Shown here piece after piece: positions 27,971-36,772 of a DNA stretch of 55,608 bases (within the stretch, counting starts at the first letter, position 1; the number at the start of each line of letters is the position of its first letter). The stretch lies in assembly GCA_947522695.1 (NCBI GenBank), contig CANNTX010000001.1, forward strand, positions 1-55,608, in the 5' to 3' direction. Under the pieces are notes generated by a model. That model did not search any database. It saw only the letters and a program-made list of their open reading frames with translations, and was not told the DNA's origin. This DNA is from an uncultured Bacilli bacterium (GTDB taxonomy: Bacteria; Bacillota_I; Bacilli_A; RF39; UBA660). Made by a program: the position numbers and the translations under genes.

Positions 27971-28753
27971 ATGGTAAATTCTAAAAACGAATTAACTAAC
28001 ATTGATAATAATTTTAATCCAATGATTGAGGTTAAAGATGTTTCTATGAAATTTAATTTAGGAATTGAAAAAGGTTTTTCTATTAAACAATGGTTTGTAG
28101 ATATAGGAAAACATAAGAATAAAGTCAATAATGATTTTTGGGCTTTAAAAAACATTAATTTTAATATTAATAAAGGAGAAGTTATTGGTTTTATTGGATC
28201 TAATGGGGCTGGCAAATCTACATTATTAAAGGTTGTAGCTGGTGTAATGAAGCCAACAATTGGAAAGGTAAATGTTTATGGAAATATTTGTCCCATGATT
28301 GAGTTGGGTGCTGGGTTTGATTATCAACTAACTGCCAAAGAAAATATTTATTTGAATGGTGCTGTATTAGGATATTCTAAGGAATTAATTGATAAAAAGT
28401 TTGATGAAATTGTTGAATTTTCTGAACTTAAAGATTTCTTAGATGTTCCTGTTCAAAATTTTTCTTCCGGTATGGTTGCAAGACTTGCTTTTAGTATCGC
28501 TACAATTGTTAATCCAGAAATTCTTATTGTTGATGAGATTTTATCAGTTGGTGATATCGCTTTTCAAGCTAAAAGTGAAGCTAAGATGTTGGAAATGATT
28601 GGTGGAGGAACAACTGTATTGTTTGTTTCACATTCAGTTGAGCAAATTAAGAAAATGTGTGATAGAGTAATATGGTTAGATCATGGCAAAATGATAAAAA
28701 TGGGTGGAAAAGAAATTTGTGATGAATATATTGAATTTATGAAGGGAAAATAA
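27971..28753 (+). CDS. tagH: teichoic acid/polysaccharide export ABC ATP-binding protein
   Basis: GSNGAGKST, FSSGMVARLAFSIA, ILIVDEILSVGD, VSHSVEQI (TagH/Wzt-type motif variants). Confidence 0.9.
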   Translation: MVNSKNELTNIDNNFNPMIEVKDVSMKFNLGIEKGFSIKQWFVDIGKHKNKVNNDFWALKNINFNINKGEVIGFIGSNGAGKSTLLKVVAGVMKPTIGKVNVYGNICPMIELGAGFDYQLTAKENIYLNGAVLGYSKELIDKKFDEIVEFSELKDFLDVPVQNFSSGMVARLAFSIATIVNPEILIVDEILSVGDIAFQAKSEAKMLEMIGGGTTVLFVSHSVEQIKKMCDRVIWLDHGKMIKMGGKEICDEYIEFMKGK

Positions 28754-29778
28754 TGATGAAAAAAATACTAACAGTACTTATTCCTGTATATAATACTGAA
28801 AAATATATAAAAAGATGTTTAGATTCACTGATTGATGAGTCTATTATAGATAACATAGAAATTTTAATTGTAAGTGATGGCTCTAAAGATAATTCAATTA
28901 CGATTGCTAGGGATTATGAAAAAAAATATCCAAATAGCATAAAAATAATTGAAAAAGAAAATGGAGGTCATGGTTCAACTATTAATAAGGGATTAGAAAT
29001 AGCAACTGGGAAATACTTTAGAGTTCTAGATAGTGATGACTGGTTTAATACTTTTGATTTTGTAAAATTAGTTAATTACCTAAAAAATGATGATTCTGAT
29101 TTAATTGTTACAAATTATTCACAAGAGCATGTTTATGATGGGAAAACTATTTATTTAGAATACAAAAATTTAGTTGATAATAAAATTTATGATATTGATA
29201 AAATTGATTTATCAATATTAAATGGTGAATATTTTGTTATGGCTACTTCAACTTATAAAACTGAATTACTTAGAAAAGCTAAATTACATTTATTCGAAAA
29301 AACCTTTTATGTTGATATGCAGTTTAATGTTATAGGTTTTTCTTTAGTTAAAACTTTTAAATATTATGATTTAGATATTTATAGATATTTTATTGGAAGA
29401 AAAGATCAAAGTAATAATTTTGCCTCATTAGTTAAAAATCAAGAAAATCATGAAAAAGTAATGAAATGTCTAGTTGATTATTATTGTGAAAATGTAGATA
29501 ATTTTAGTGATAATAGAAAAAAGTATTATAGTTTAATAATTTATTATATGTTGTATACTCATTATTCTATATATTGTTTATACGATTCTAATCATTCTAG
29601 AGCATATAATAAGGTTATAAATTTTGATAAATATTTAAAAAATAAATCTTTGGATTTATATAATAGATCAAATATATCTTTCATAAAAGCAAATAGAAAG
29701 ACAAATTTTGTTTTTGTTAAAATAAACGGAAAGTTATTGAATAAGCTAATAAGTTTGGCTAATTTATTTAGGAGGTAA
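28753..29778 (+). CDS. family 2 glycosyltransferase
   Basis: LTVLIPVYNTEKYIKRCLDSL, ILIVSDGSKD, VLDSDD (DxD). Confidence 0.85.
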   Translation: MMKKILTVLIPVYNTEKYIKRCLDSLIDESIIDNIEILIVSDGSKDNSITIARDYEKKYPNSIKIIEKENGGHGSTINKGLEIATGKYFRVLDSDDWFNTFDFVKLVNYLKNDDSDLIVTNYSQEHVYDGKTIYLEYKNLVDNKIYDIDKIDLSILNGEYFVMATSTYKTELLRKAKLHLFEKTFYVDMQFNVIGFSLVKTFKYYDLDIYRYFIGRKDQSNNFASLVKNQENHEKVMKCLVDYYCENVDNFSDNRKKYYSLIIYYMLYTHYSIYCLYDSNHSRAYNKVINFDKYLKNKSLDLYNRSNISFIKANRKTNFVFVKINGKLLNKLISLANLFRR

Positions 29779-29783
29779 TTGGT

Positions 29784-31058
29784 GTGAAAAAGATATTAGT
29801 AATAAGTTGGTTTTTTCCTCCTGTTAATTCATCTGAGGGAATCGTAACATATAAACTTTTAAATAATTCTAAATATAATTATGATGTATTTACTCAAAAA
29901 GGTAATGCAAGTTGGTCCTACGGGAATAAAGATGATTTACCATTAAATAATAATATTAATTGTGTGTTTTCAGATGCTACGAATTTAGATGATTTTATAA
30001 ATTCAGCATATGAATTTTTTGTAAATAATTCTAATAAATATGACATTGTTATGACAAGGTCTATGCCTGAAGAATCACATATAATTGGAATGAAAATAAA
30101 AAAATTTAAACCTGATATTAAATGGATAGCTTCTTTTGGTGATCCAATCGGGAATAATCCTTTTACTTTATTAGCTTTAAAAAATGTTAATCCATATTCT
30201 TTAAAGAAAAGATATGAAGTTAAAATGTCATTAAAGTCAGTATTATCTCCATTTAGAATGTATCGTTCAATTAGATACAATATTAGAAATAAAAAACAAT
30301 ATAATATGTATATTAAGTCAAAAAATTATTTAGAAAAGAAAATTGTTAATACTTGTGATTATATAATTTGTAATAATAGTTATCAAGTTGATTATATTTC
30401 TAAAAATAATAATATAGATAAATCTAAATTTATAATACTTCCCCATTCTTATGATAAAAAATTATATCCAAATGTTAAGAAAAATAATGATAAAATAATT
30501 TTTAGATATATTGGTCATTTAGATGATATAAGAACACCAAAATTATTTTTAGAAGCCATAAATCTATTAAACACAAAATATGATGACTTTAAAGATAAAG
30601 TTCAATTTGAATTTTATGGTAATATGTCTATAAATGATAAAGTATATATTTTGGATAATGAATTAACCGACGTTGTTAAAATACGTAAACCTATAAATTA
30701 TTTGAAAAGTTTAGAAGTTATGAAATCTAGTGATTGGCTGATTCATATAGATGCAAATTTATTTAATATTATGGATAAAAATGTATTTTTTGCGGCTAAG
30801 CTTGCTGATTATATTGGAAGTGGCTCAAATATATTTAGTATAACAATGCTTGATGGTGCTAGCGCAGATATTTTAAGAGGAATGAACGCTGTGGTAACAA
30901 CTTATTCTTTAAATGATATTGCCAATTATTTATATCTAATTGTTTATAATAATTATAATGTTAAATTAAATACTGATTATTCAAAAAATTTTGATGCGAA
31001 AAATGTTGCTAATGATTTTGATAATTTTGTAAAAAATGAGGTGTTAAATGAAAACTAA
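29784..31058 (+). CDS. putative GT-B fold glycosyltransferase (family not recognised)
   Basis: AGGAGG RBS plus GTG start. N-terminal KILVISWFFPPVNSSEG; C-terminal FFAAKLADYIGSGSNIF resembles a GT-B nucleotide-sugar binding half. Confidence 0.5.
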   Translation: MKKILVISWFFPPVNSSEGIVTYKLLNNSKYNYDVFTQKGNASWSYGNKDDLPLNNNINCVFSDATNLDDFINSAYEFFVNNSNKYDIVMTRSMPEESHIIGMKIKKFKPDIKWIASFGDPIGNNPFTLLALKNVNPYSLKKRYEVKMSLKSVLSPFRMYRSIRYNIRNKKQYNMYIKSKNYLEKKIVNTCDYIICNNSYQVDYISKNNNIDKSKFIILPHSYDKKLYPNVKKNNDKIIFRYIGHLDDIRTPKLFLEAINLLNTKYDDFKDKVQFEFYGNMSINDKVYILDNELTDVVKIRKPINYLKSLEVMKSSDWLIHIDANLFNIMDKNVFFAAKLADYIGSGSNIFSITMLDGASADILRGMNAVVTTYSLNDIANYLYLIVYNNYNVKLNTDYSKNFDAKNVANDFDNFVKNEVLNEN

Positions 31059-32325
31059 ATATTTAATAGTTGGTGCAGGTATTTCTGGCTTAACATTTGC
31101 AAGTTATTGTAAAGATGATTATATAATTATTGAAAAAGAAAATGAAGTTGGTGGTTATTGTAAAACTCATTATAAAGATGATTATGTATGGGATTATGCT
31201 GGTCATTTCTTTCATTTTAAAACTGATGAATTTAAGAAAAAGTTTATTGATAGTTTGGATAAAAATGATTTTGTTACGCAAGATAAAAAAACATTTATTT
31301 ATTTTGATGATAAGTTAATTGATTTCCCTTTTCAAACACATATTCATGAACTTTCTAAAGATAAATTTATAGATTGCTTATATGATTTATTTAACAAGGA
31401 AGAAAAAGAAAATTATGATAATTTTTTAGATATGCTTTACGGAAAATTTGGTAAATCAATTACAGAAATGTTTTTAAAACCTTATAATGAAAAATTATAT
31501 GCTGTTGATTTAACAAAACTCGATAAGGATGCAATGGGAAGATTTTTTCCATATGCTGATATAAAAGCAATAATTAATAATATGAAACAAAATAAAGTTA
31601 ACTCATATAATAATACATTTATGTATCCAAAAAAGGGTGCTCAAGTTATTATTGATGTTTTGATGAAGGATATTGATAAAAATAAAATTTTATTAAATTC
31701 AATGATAGAAAGTATTGATTTAAATAATAAAATAGCTAAACTTAATAATGGAAAAGAAATACAATATGAATATTTGATAAATTCTATTCCTTTTGATAAA
31801 TTTTTAAAACTTACTAATAACAAAGAATATATTAATTTCAGTGATAAATTAACATATAATAAGGTTTTGGTTTTTAATTTAGGATTTAATAAAAAATCAA
31901 GTTATAATAATCATCATTGGTTATATTTTCCGGATAAAGATATAAATTTTTATAGAGTTGGGTTTTATGATAACATATTAAATTCTAATAAATTAAGTAT
32001 GTATATAGAGATTGGATATCCAAAAGATAATGTTATAACTTCAGATGAAATAGATAGACAACTTAAATTGACGTTAGATAATTTAAAAAAATGTAATATT
32101 ATAGATGATTCATTTGTTTTAAATGCATATGAAAGTATTGTAATGGATCCTGCTTATGTTCATATTGATGCTAAAAATGATTTAAGGGTTAGAGAAATTA
32201 TGAAGGAATTATCTAATAAAAATGTTTATAGCATTGGTAGATATGGTGGCTGGACATATTGCTCTATGGAGGACTGTATGGTTGAAGCAAAGGATTTGTA
32301 TGAGAAAATAAGAGGTAATTTATGA
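31048..32325 (+). CDS. FAD-dependent enzyme, UDP-galactopyranose-mutase-like / amine-oxidase-fold
   Basis: Rossmann motif YLIVGAGISGL, IIEKENEVGG, AGHFFHF, and C-terminal SIGRYGGWTYCSMED, which parallels the UGM GRLAEYKYYDM segment. Confidence 0.65.
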   Translation: MKTKYLIVGAGISGLTFASYCKDDYIIIEKENEVGGYCKTHYKDDYVWDYAGHFFHFKTDEFKKKFIDSLDKNDFVTQDKKTFIYFDDKLIDFPFQTHIHELSKDKFIDCLYDLFNKEEKENYDNFLDMLYGKFGKSITEMFLKPYNEKLYAVDLTKLDKDAMGRFFPYADIKAIINNMKQNKVNSYNNTFMYPKKGAQVIIDVLMKDIDKNKILLNSMIESIDLNNKIAKLNNGKEIQYEYLINSIPFDKFLKLTNNKEYINFSDKLTYNKVLVFNLGFNKKSSYNNHHWLYFPDKDINFYRVGFYDNILNSNKLSMYIEIGYPKDNVITSDEIDRQLKLTLDNLKKCNIIDDSFVLNAYESIVMDPAYVHIDAKNDLRVREIMKELSNKNVYSIGRYGGWTYCSMEDCMVEAKDLYEKIRGNL

Positions 32326-33428
32326 TTAAAGTAATGAGTATATTTGGAACTAGACCTGAAGCTATTAAGATGGCTCCACTAGTAAAGGAATTAGAAAAAA
32401 GAGAAGAAACTGAAAGTATTGTATGTGTTACAGCACAACATAGAGAAATGCTTGATCAAGTGCTTGAAACTTTTGATATTAAGCCTGATTATGACTTGAA
32501 TATAATGAAACAAGGTCAAACTTTAGGTGATATAACTACTAGAGCTTTAACTGGACTTGAAGAGGTAATTAAAGAATGTAAACCTGATATTGTTCTTGTT
32601 CATGGTGATACTACAACTACGTTTGCTGGTGCACTTGCAGCTTTTTATAATCAAGTTATGATTGGTCATGTAGAAGCAGGGCTTAGAACAAATGATAAGT
32701 ATAGTCCTTTTCCAGAAGAGATGAATAGACAAATGGTTGATTGTATGACTGATATGTATTTTGCTCCTACTAATTTAAGTAAGGAAAATTTACTTAAGGA
32801 AAATATTGAAGAAAGTAAAATATATATTACTGGTAATACGGCTATTGATGCTATGAGTACTACTGTTGATGATAATTATAGTAATTCGGAGTTAGATTTT
32901 GTTAAAGATGGAGAAAGATTAATTCTATTAACTGCTCATAGAAGAGAAAATTTAGGAGAACCTATGCGTCATATATTTAAAGCAATTAAGAGAATTGTAG
33001 ATGAGTTTGACGATGTTAAGGTAATTTATCCTATTCATAAAAATCCTCTTGTTAGAGAAGTTGCTAATGAGGTATTTGGAGATTGTGAAAAAGTTAAATT
33101 GATTGAGCCTTTAGAAGTATTTGATTTTCATAATTTTATAAATAAATCTTATATGATTATGAGTGATAGTGGTGGTGTGCAAGAAGAGGCACCTAGTTTA
33201 GGTAAACCGGTGTTGGTATTAAGAGATACTACTGAAAGACCTGAAGGAATTGATGCTGGTACATTAAAACTTGTTGGTACTGATGAAGAAACTATTTATA
33301 ATGAGGCTAAGAGATTACTTACAGACAAAGAAGAATATGAACGTATGAGTATGGCGTCTAATCCTTATGGTGATGGTCATGCTAGTGAAAGAATAGTAGA
33401 TGCTATTATAAATAAATTTAATAATTAA
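32322..33428 (+). CDS. mnaA: UDP-N-acetylglucosamine 2-epimerase (non-hydrolysing)
   Basis: FGTRPEAIKMAPL, VLVHGDTTT, GHVEAGLRT, SDSGGVQEEAPSLGKPVLVLRDTTERPE. Confidence 0.95.
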   Translation: MIKVMSIFGTRPEAIKMAPLVKELEKREETESIVCVTAQHREMLDQVLETFDIKPDYDLNIMKQGQTLGDITTRALTGLEEVIKECKPDIVLVHGDTTTTFAGALAAFYNQVMIGHVEAGLRTNDKYSPFPEEMNRQMVDCMTDMYFAPTNLSKENLLKENIEESKIYITGNTAIDAMSTTVDDNYSNSELDFVKDGERLILLTAHRRENLGEPMRHIFKAIKRIVDEFDDVKVIYPIHKNPLVREVANEVFGDCEKVKLIEPLEVFDFHNFINKSYMIMSDSGGVQEEAPSLGKPVLVLRDTTERPEGIDAGTLKLVGTDEETIYNEAKRLLTDKEEYERMSMASNPYGDGHASERIVDAIINKFNN

Positions 33429-33431
33429 TTA

Positions 33432-33457
33432 AGAAATCTTTAAGGTTTCTTTTTTTG
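33432..33457 (+). terminator. rho-independent terminator after mnaA
   Basis: AGAAATC-TTTAA-GGTTTCT (one G-U pair) followed by T6. Confidence 0.6.
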
Positions 33458-33489
33458 TTTTTATTAGATATAATTGTTTTAAGGTATAG

Positions 33490-34767
33490 GTGATTAAAGT
33501 GAAAGATAAAATAGCAAAATTTGTAAATGTGATGAAAAGGGATGGTTTTTTTAAGACTATTAAAAAAACTTTTACATATGTTATGGGAAATTATGTTAAT
33601 AAAATAAATATTATTAAAAGGGTAAAATATGTAATTAATAAAGATAAAATTAGTGAAGAAATAGATGATATTCTTAATTTAGATTATGATAGAATTTTAG
33701 TTTGGAGAGGATCTTTTGGTTGGAATGTTCCTTTATATCAAAGGCCACAACAAATTGCTAATTATTTAATTAATAAAAGATGTTTAATATTGTATGAAGT
33801 TACTAGAATGACTGATAAAGTTGATTTTATTAAGAAAGAAAAAGATAATCTTTATTTAGTTAATTATGAAATTGGAGCTTTTGAAAAATTATTATTTAGT
33901 AAATTATGTAGAATTAATAAACCTAAATATTTACAATTGTATTCTACTTGTTGGGATGTAAGAAAAGATGAAGTAGATAATTATGTTAATAATGGGTTTA
34001 AACTTCTTTATGAATATATTGATGATTTAAATCCTAAATTAGCTGGAACTGATAAATTACCATTAAATGTTGCTGCTATTCATGATTATGTTATTAAGAA
34101 TAAAGATGTTCTAGTTGTTACAAGTGCTGATAAATTATATGAGGATATGGTTAATAAGAGAAAATCCAAAGAAAACATTATTTTATCATCAAATGGGGTT
34201 GATGTAGAACATTTTAAACATGAAAAGAAAGATGTTTCTGTAATGGATGAAATAAAAAAAGAATATAAAATGATAATTGGATATTATGGTGCCTTAGCTA
34301 GTTGGTTTGATTATGGTCTTATAAGAAAACTTGCTAAACATTATAAAGATATTGCATTTGTTCTAATTGGAATTAAATATGATACAAGTTTTGATGATTC
34401 TAAAATAAATGAACTTGATAATGTTAAATATTTAGGTGCTGTTGATTATAATGAATTACCTAATTATGCAAATTATTTCGATATTGCATGGATACCATTT
34501 GTAGTTAATGAAATTACTCTTGCTACTAATCCTTGTAAATTATTTGAATATATGGCACTTAATAAGTATATTATTGCTTCTGATTTACCTGAATGTCATA
34601 AATATAAATCTGTAAATATTGCAAAAAATTATAAAGAATACGTTAATTTAATTGATAATTATAAAATAGATAAAAAGTATATTGATTTATTAAATAAAGA
34701 AGCTAATTTAAATAGTTGGGATAGTAAAGCTGATGATATTGTCAAATTATTAAAGAGTGTTGAATAG
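33490..34767 (+). CDS. GT-B glycosyltransferase (GT4/TuaH-like)
   Basis: IIGYYGALASWFDYGLI and NPCKLFEYMALNKYIIASDLPE resemble the TuaH/GT4 C-terminal motif. Confidence 0.6.
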   Translation: MIKVKDKIAKFVNVMKRDGFFKTIKKTFTYVMGNYVNKINIIKRVKYVINKDKISEEIDDILNLDYDRILVWRGSFGWNVPLYQRPQQIANYLINKRCLILYEVTRMTDKVDFIKKEKDNLYLVNYEIGAFEKLLFSKLCRINKPKYLQLYSTCWDVRKDEVDNYVNNGFKLLYEYIDDLNPKLAGTDKLPLNVAAIHDYVIKNKDVLVVTSADKLYEDMVNKRKSKENIILSSNGVDVEHFKHEKKDVSVMDEIKKEYKMIIGYYGALASWFDYGLIRKLAKHYKDIAFVLIGIKYDTSFDDSKINELDNVKYLGAVDYNELPNYANYFDIAWIPFVVNEITLATNPCKLFEYMALNKYIIASDLPECHKYKSVNIAKNYKEYVNLIDNYKIDKKYIDLLNKEANLNSWDSKADDIVKLLKSVE

Positions 34768-34802
34768 TTAGTATATTCAATACAAAAAGTTACTAGTTTT
34801 GT

Positions 34803-34842
34803 AAAGTTTTTGAATTACTAGTACAAAAACTTTGCTTTTTTT
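34803..34842 (+). terminator. strong rho-independent terminator
   Basis: Perfect 10-bp stem AAAGTTTTTG / CAAAAACTTT, 11-nt loop, then GC plus T7. Confidence 0.7.
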
Positions 34843-34993
34843 AACATATTATTGTGTTACTAATTATTATGAAATTAATGATATAATTAGTATTAAAGAA
34901 TGGATTAGAAATAATTGCATCGATGAGATATGAATGGTTTGTAAATACTATTAATTTAGTGCTTTTTTTGTTATGATTATAACGTGATGTTAT

Positions 34994-35989
34994 ATGAAAA
35001 TAAATATGTATGACTTTGATGATACCATTTATGATGGAGATTCAAGTGTTGATTTTATAAAATATTGTTATAAAAAAGGTTATGTTAAATTTAAAAATAT
35101 ATTAAAAATAATGGGTAGTTTTGTTAAATATTTTTTTGGAGTTATAGATATTACTGAATTTAAAGAGGTTTTATTTAGTTTTTTAAGTAATATAGATGAT
35201 GGGGAAAGAGTTGTTAGTGAGTTTTGGAATGAACATTATAAGAATATTAAGAAATTTTATTTAGACAAAAATCATGAAAATGACATTATTAATTCTGCTA
35301 GTCCGTATTTTTTATTAAAGCCTGCTTGTGATAAGTTAGGTGTTAAAGATTTAATTGCATCTGATATTAATATTAAGAATGGTAAGTTTAAAGGTAAAAA
35401 TAATAGTAAAGAAGTTAAGGTTAAAAATCTTAATAAAAAATATAAAGATTGTGTAGTTGATGAATGTTATAGTGATAATCCTTTTAATGATAAATATATT
35501 TTAGAACTTGCAAATAAATCTTATGTAGTTAAGGGAGAAAATTTATTTGATTATAAAGCATATAAACCTAGTTTTGCTAAATCTATATTTAGAAAATTAT
35601 GGGATTTTTATAGAAATCATTTAGAAGTAATTAATTATTTGTTTATAGGTGGATGTACAACTATTATATCAATTTTAAGTTATGCTTTATTTGCTAAAGT
35701 TTGTGGTCTTGATTTAGTAGTATCTAATGTGTTATCATGGATTGTATCTGTATTATTTGCTTATTTTACTAATAGAGTTATTGTTTTTAATAGTAAAAAT
35801 AAGAATTATATAAATGAGTTTATTTCATTTACGGGAAGTAGGGTTATTACGTTGATATTAGATACATTGTTAATGATTTTGTTTGTTAAGTCATTAAATA
35901 TGAACGATATGATTGCTAAAGTAATTGTTCAAGTTGTTGTTATTATTGGAAATTATTTGATTAGCAAATTATTAGTGTTTAAGAAGTAG
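34994..35989 (+). CDS. fusion protein: N-terminal HAD-superfamily (IB-like) phosphatase plus C-terminal GtrA-family 4-TM domain
   Basis: HAD motif I YDFDDTIYDGDS at the N-terminus. C-terminal INYLFIGGCTTIISILSYALF...SWIVSVLFAYFTNRVIVF is typical of GtrA. Confidence 0.75.
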   Translation: MKINMYDFDDTIYDGDSSVDFIKYCYKKGYVKFKNILKIMGSFVKYFFGVIDITEFKEVLFSFLSNIDDGERVVSEFWNEHYKNIKKFYLDKNHENDIINSASPYFLLKPACDKLGVKDLIASDINIKNGKFKGKNNSKEVKVKNLNKKYKDCVVDECYSDNPFNDKYILELANKSYVVKGENLFDYKAYKPSFAKSIFRKLWDFYRNHLEVINYLFIGGCTTIISILSYALFAKVCGLDLVVSNVLSWIVSVLFAYFTNRVIVFNSKNKNYINEFISFTGSRVITLILDTLLMILFVKSLNMNDMIAKVIVQVVVIIGNYLISKLLVFKK

Positions 35990-35999
35990 GTGTGAGTTT

Positions 36000-36632
36000 A
36001 TGAAAAAGTTTATAGGTTTTTATAGAGATTGTGATTTACTTACTATGAGTGGTACTTTTATGGCTCTTTTGGGATGTATATTATCAATTAATGGAAGTAA
36101 AGTTATTCCGATATTTTGTTTAATAATTGCTGGGATATGTGATGCTTTTGATGGAAAGTTAGCAAGAAGAAGAAAGTCTAGTGAAATGCAGTGTGTATAT
36201 GGTGTACAACTTGATTCACTATCTGATTTGATCTCATTTGGTGTTTTTCCTTTAGTTTATACAATTAATATACTACCAAAGAATTATTATTTTGGATGGG
36301 TTGCTTTAATATTTTATAGTTTATGTGGAATGATTAGACTTGCTTATTTTAATACACTTGATATTTGTAAAGAAGCTAATAAAGAATATTTTGTTGGAAT
36401 GCCTATTACGTCTATTGCTATATTTTATCCGATTGTTTATTTATTTTTATGGTTAATTAAATTTAGATTCTATCCAGAAATTATATCTATTTTTATGATA
36501 TTAGTCGGACTATCTTTTATAAGTACAATAAAAATTAAGAAGTTAGATGACAAGAAAAAAATTATGCTTTCTGTTGTTGGAATTTTATTTATTATAATTT
36601 TTTTAGTTTTTTGTTATTTTTGTAAGAAATAA
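36000..36632 (+). CDS. CDP-alcohol phosphatidyltransferase family protein (PssA/PgsA-like)
   Basis: Signature DAFDGKLARR-x8-GVQLDSLSDL (D-x2-DG-x2-AR...G-x3-D-x3-D); about 6 TM segments. Confidence 0.85.
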   Translation: MKKFIGFYRDCDLLTMSGTFMALLGCILSINGSKVIPIFCLIIAGICDAFDGKLARRRKSSEMQCVYGVQLDSLSDLISFGVFPLVYTINILPKNYYFGWVALIFYSLCGMIRLAYFNTLDICKEANKEYFVGMPITSIAIFYPIVYLFLWLIKFRFYPEIISIFMILVGLSFISTIKIKKLDDKKKIMLSVVGILFIIIFLVFCYFCKK

Positions 36633-36772
36633 AAAATCTGTATAAAAAATGATATAGATTTTTTTATTTTGCCAGATAAATTAATAAATTTAGGTATAGT
36701 AATTTTAAATTTTTGTTATTTGCATGATAGGCTTAAGTATAATAAAATGCATTTTGTAAGGAGATAGATTTA

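Noticed and set aside
27967-28215. 82-aa minus-strand ORF opposite tagH
   Set aside because: It is an antisense shadow across the Walker A region of tagH.
29918-30280. 120-aa minus-strand ORF opposite the GT-B-like gene
   Set aside because: It has no RBS or start context and lies within an operon of overlapping + strand genes. I treat it as a shadow ORF, though the + strand gene's function is itself uncertain.
31090-31823. Three short ORFs (31090-31281 -, 31130-31318 +, 31641-31823 -) within the flavoenzyme gene
   Set aside because: They are off-frame or antisense shadows. The annotated frame carries the Rossmann GxGxxG motif.
32547-32732. 61-aa minus-strand ORF inside mnaA
   Set aside because: It is antisense to a highly conserved epimerase gene.
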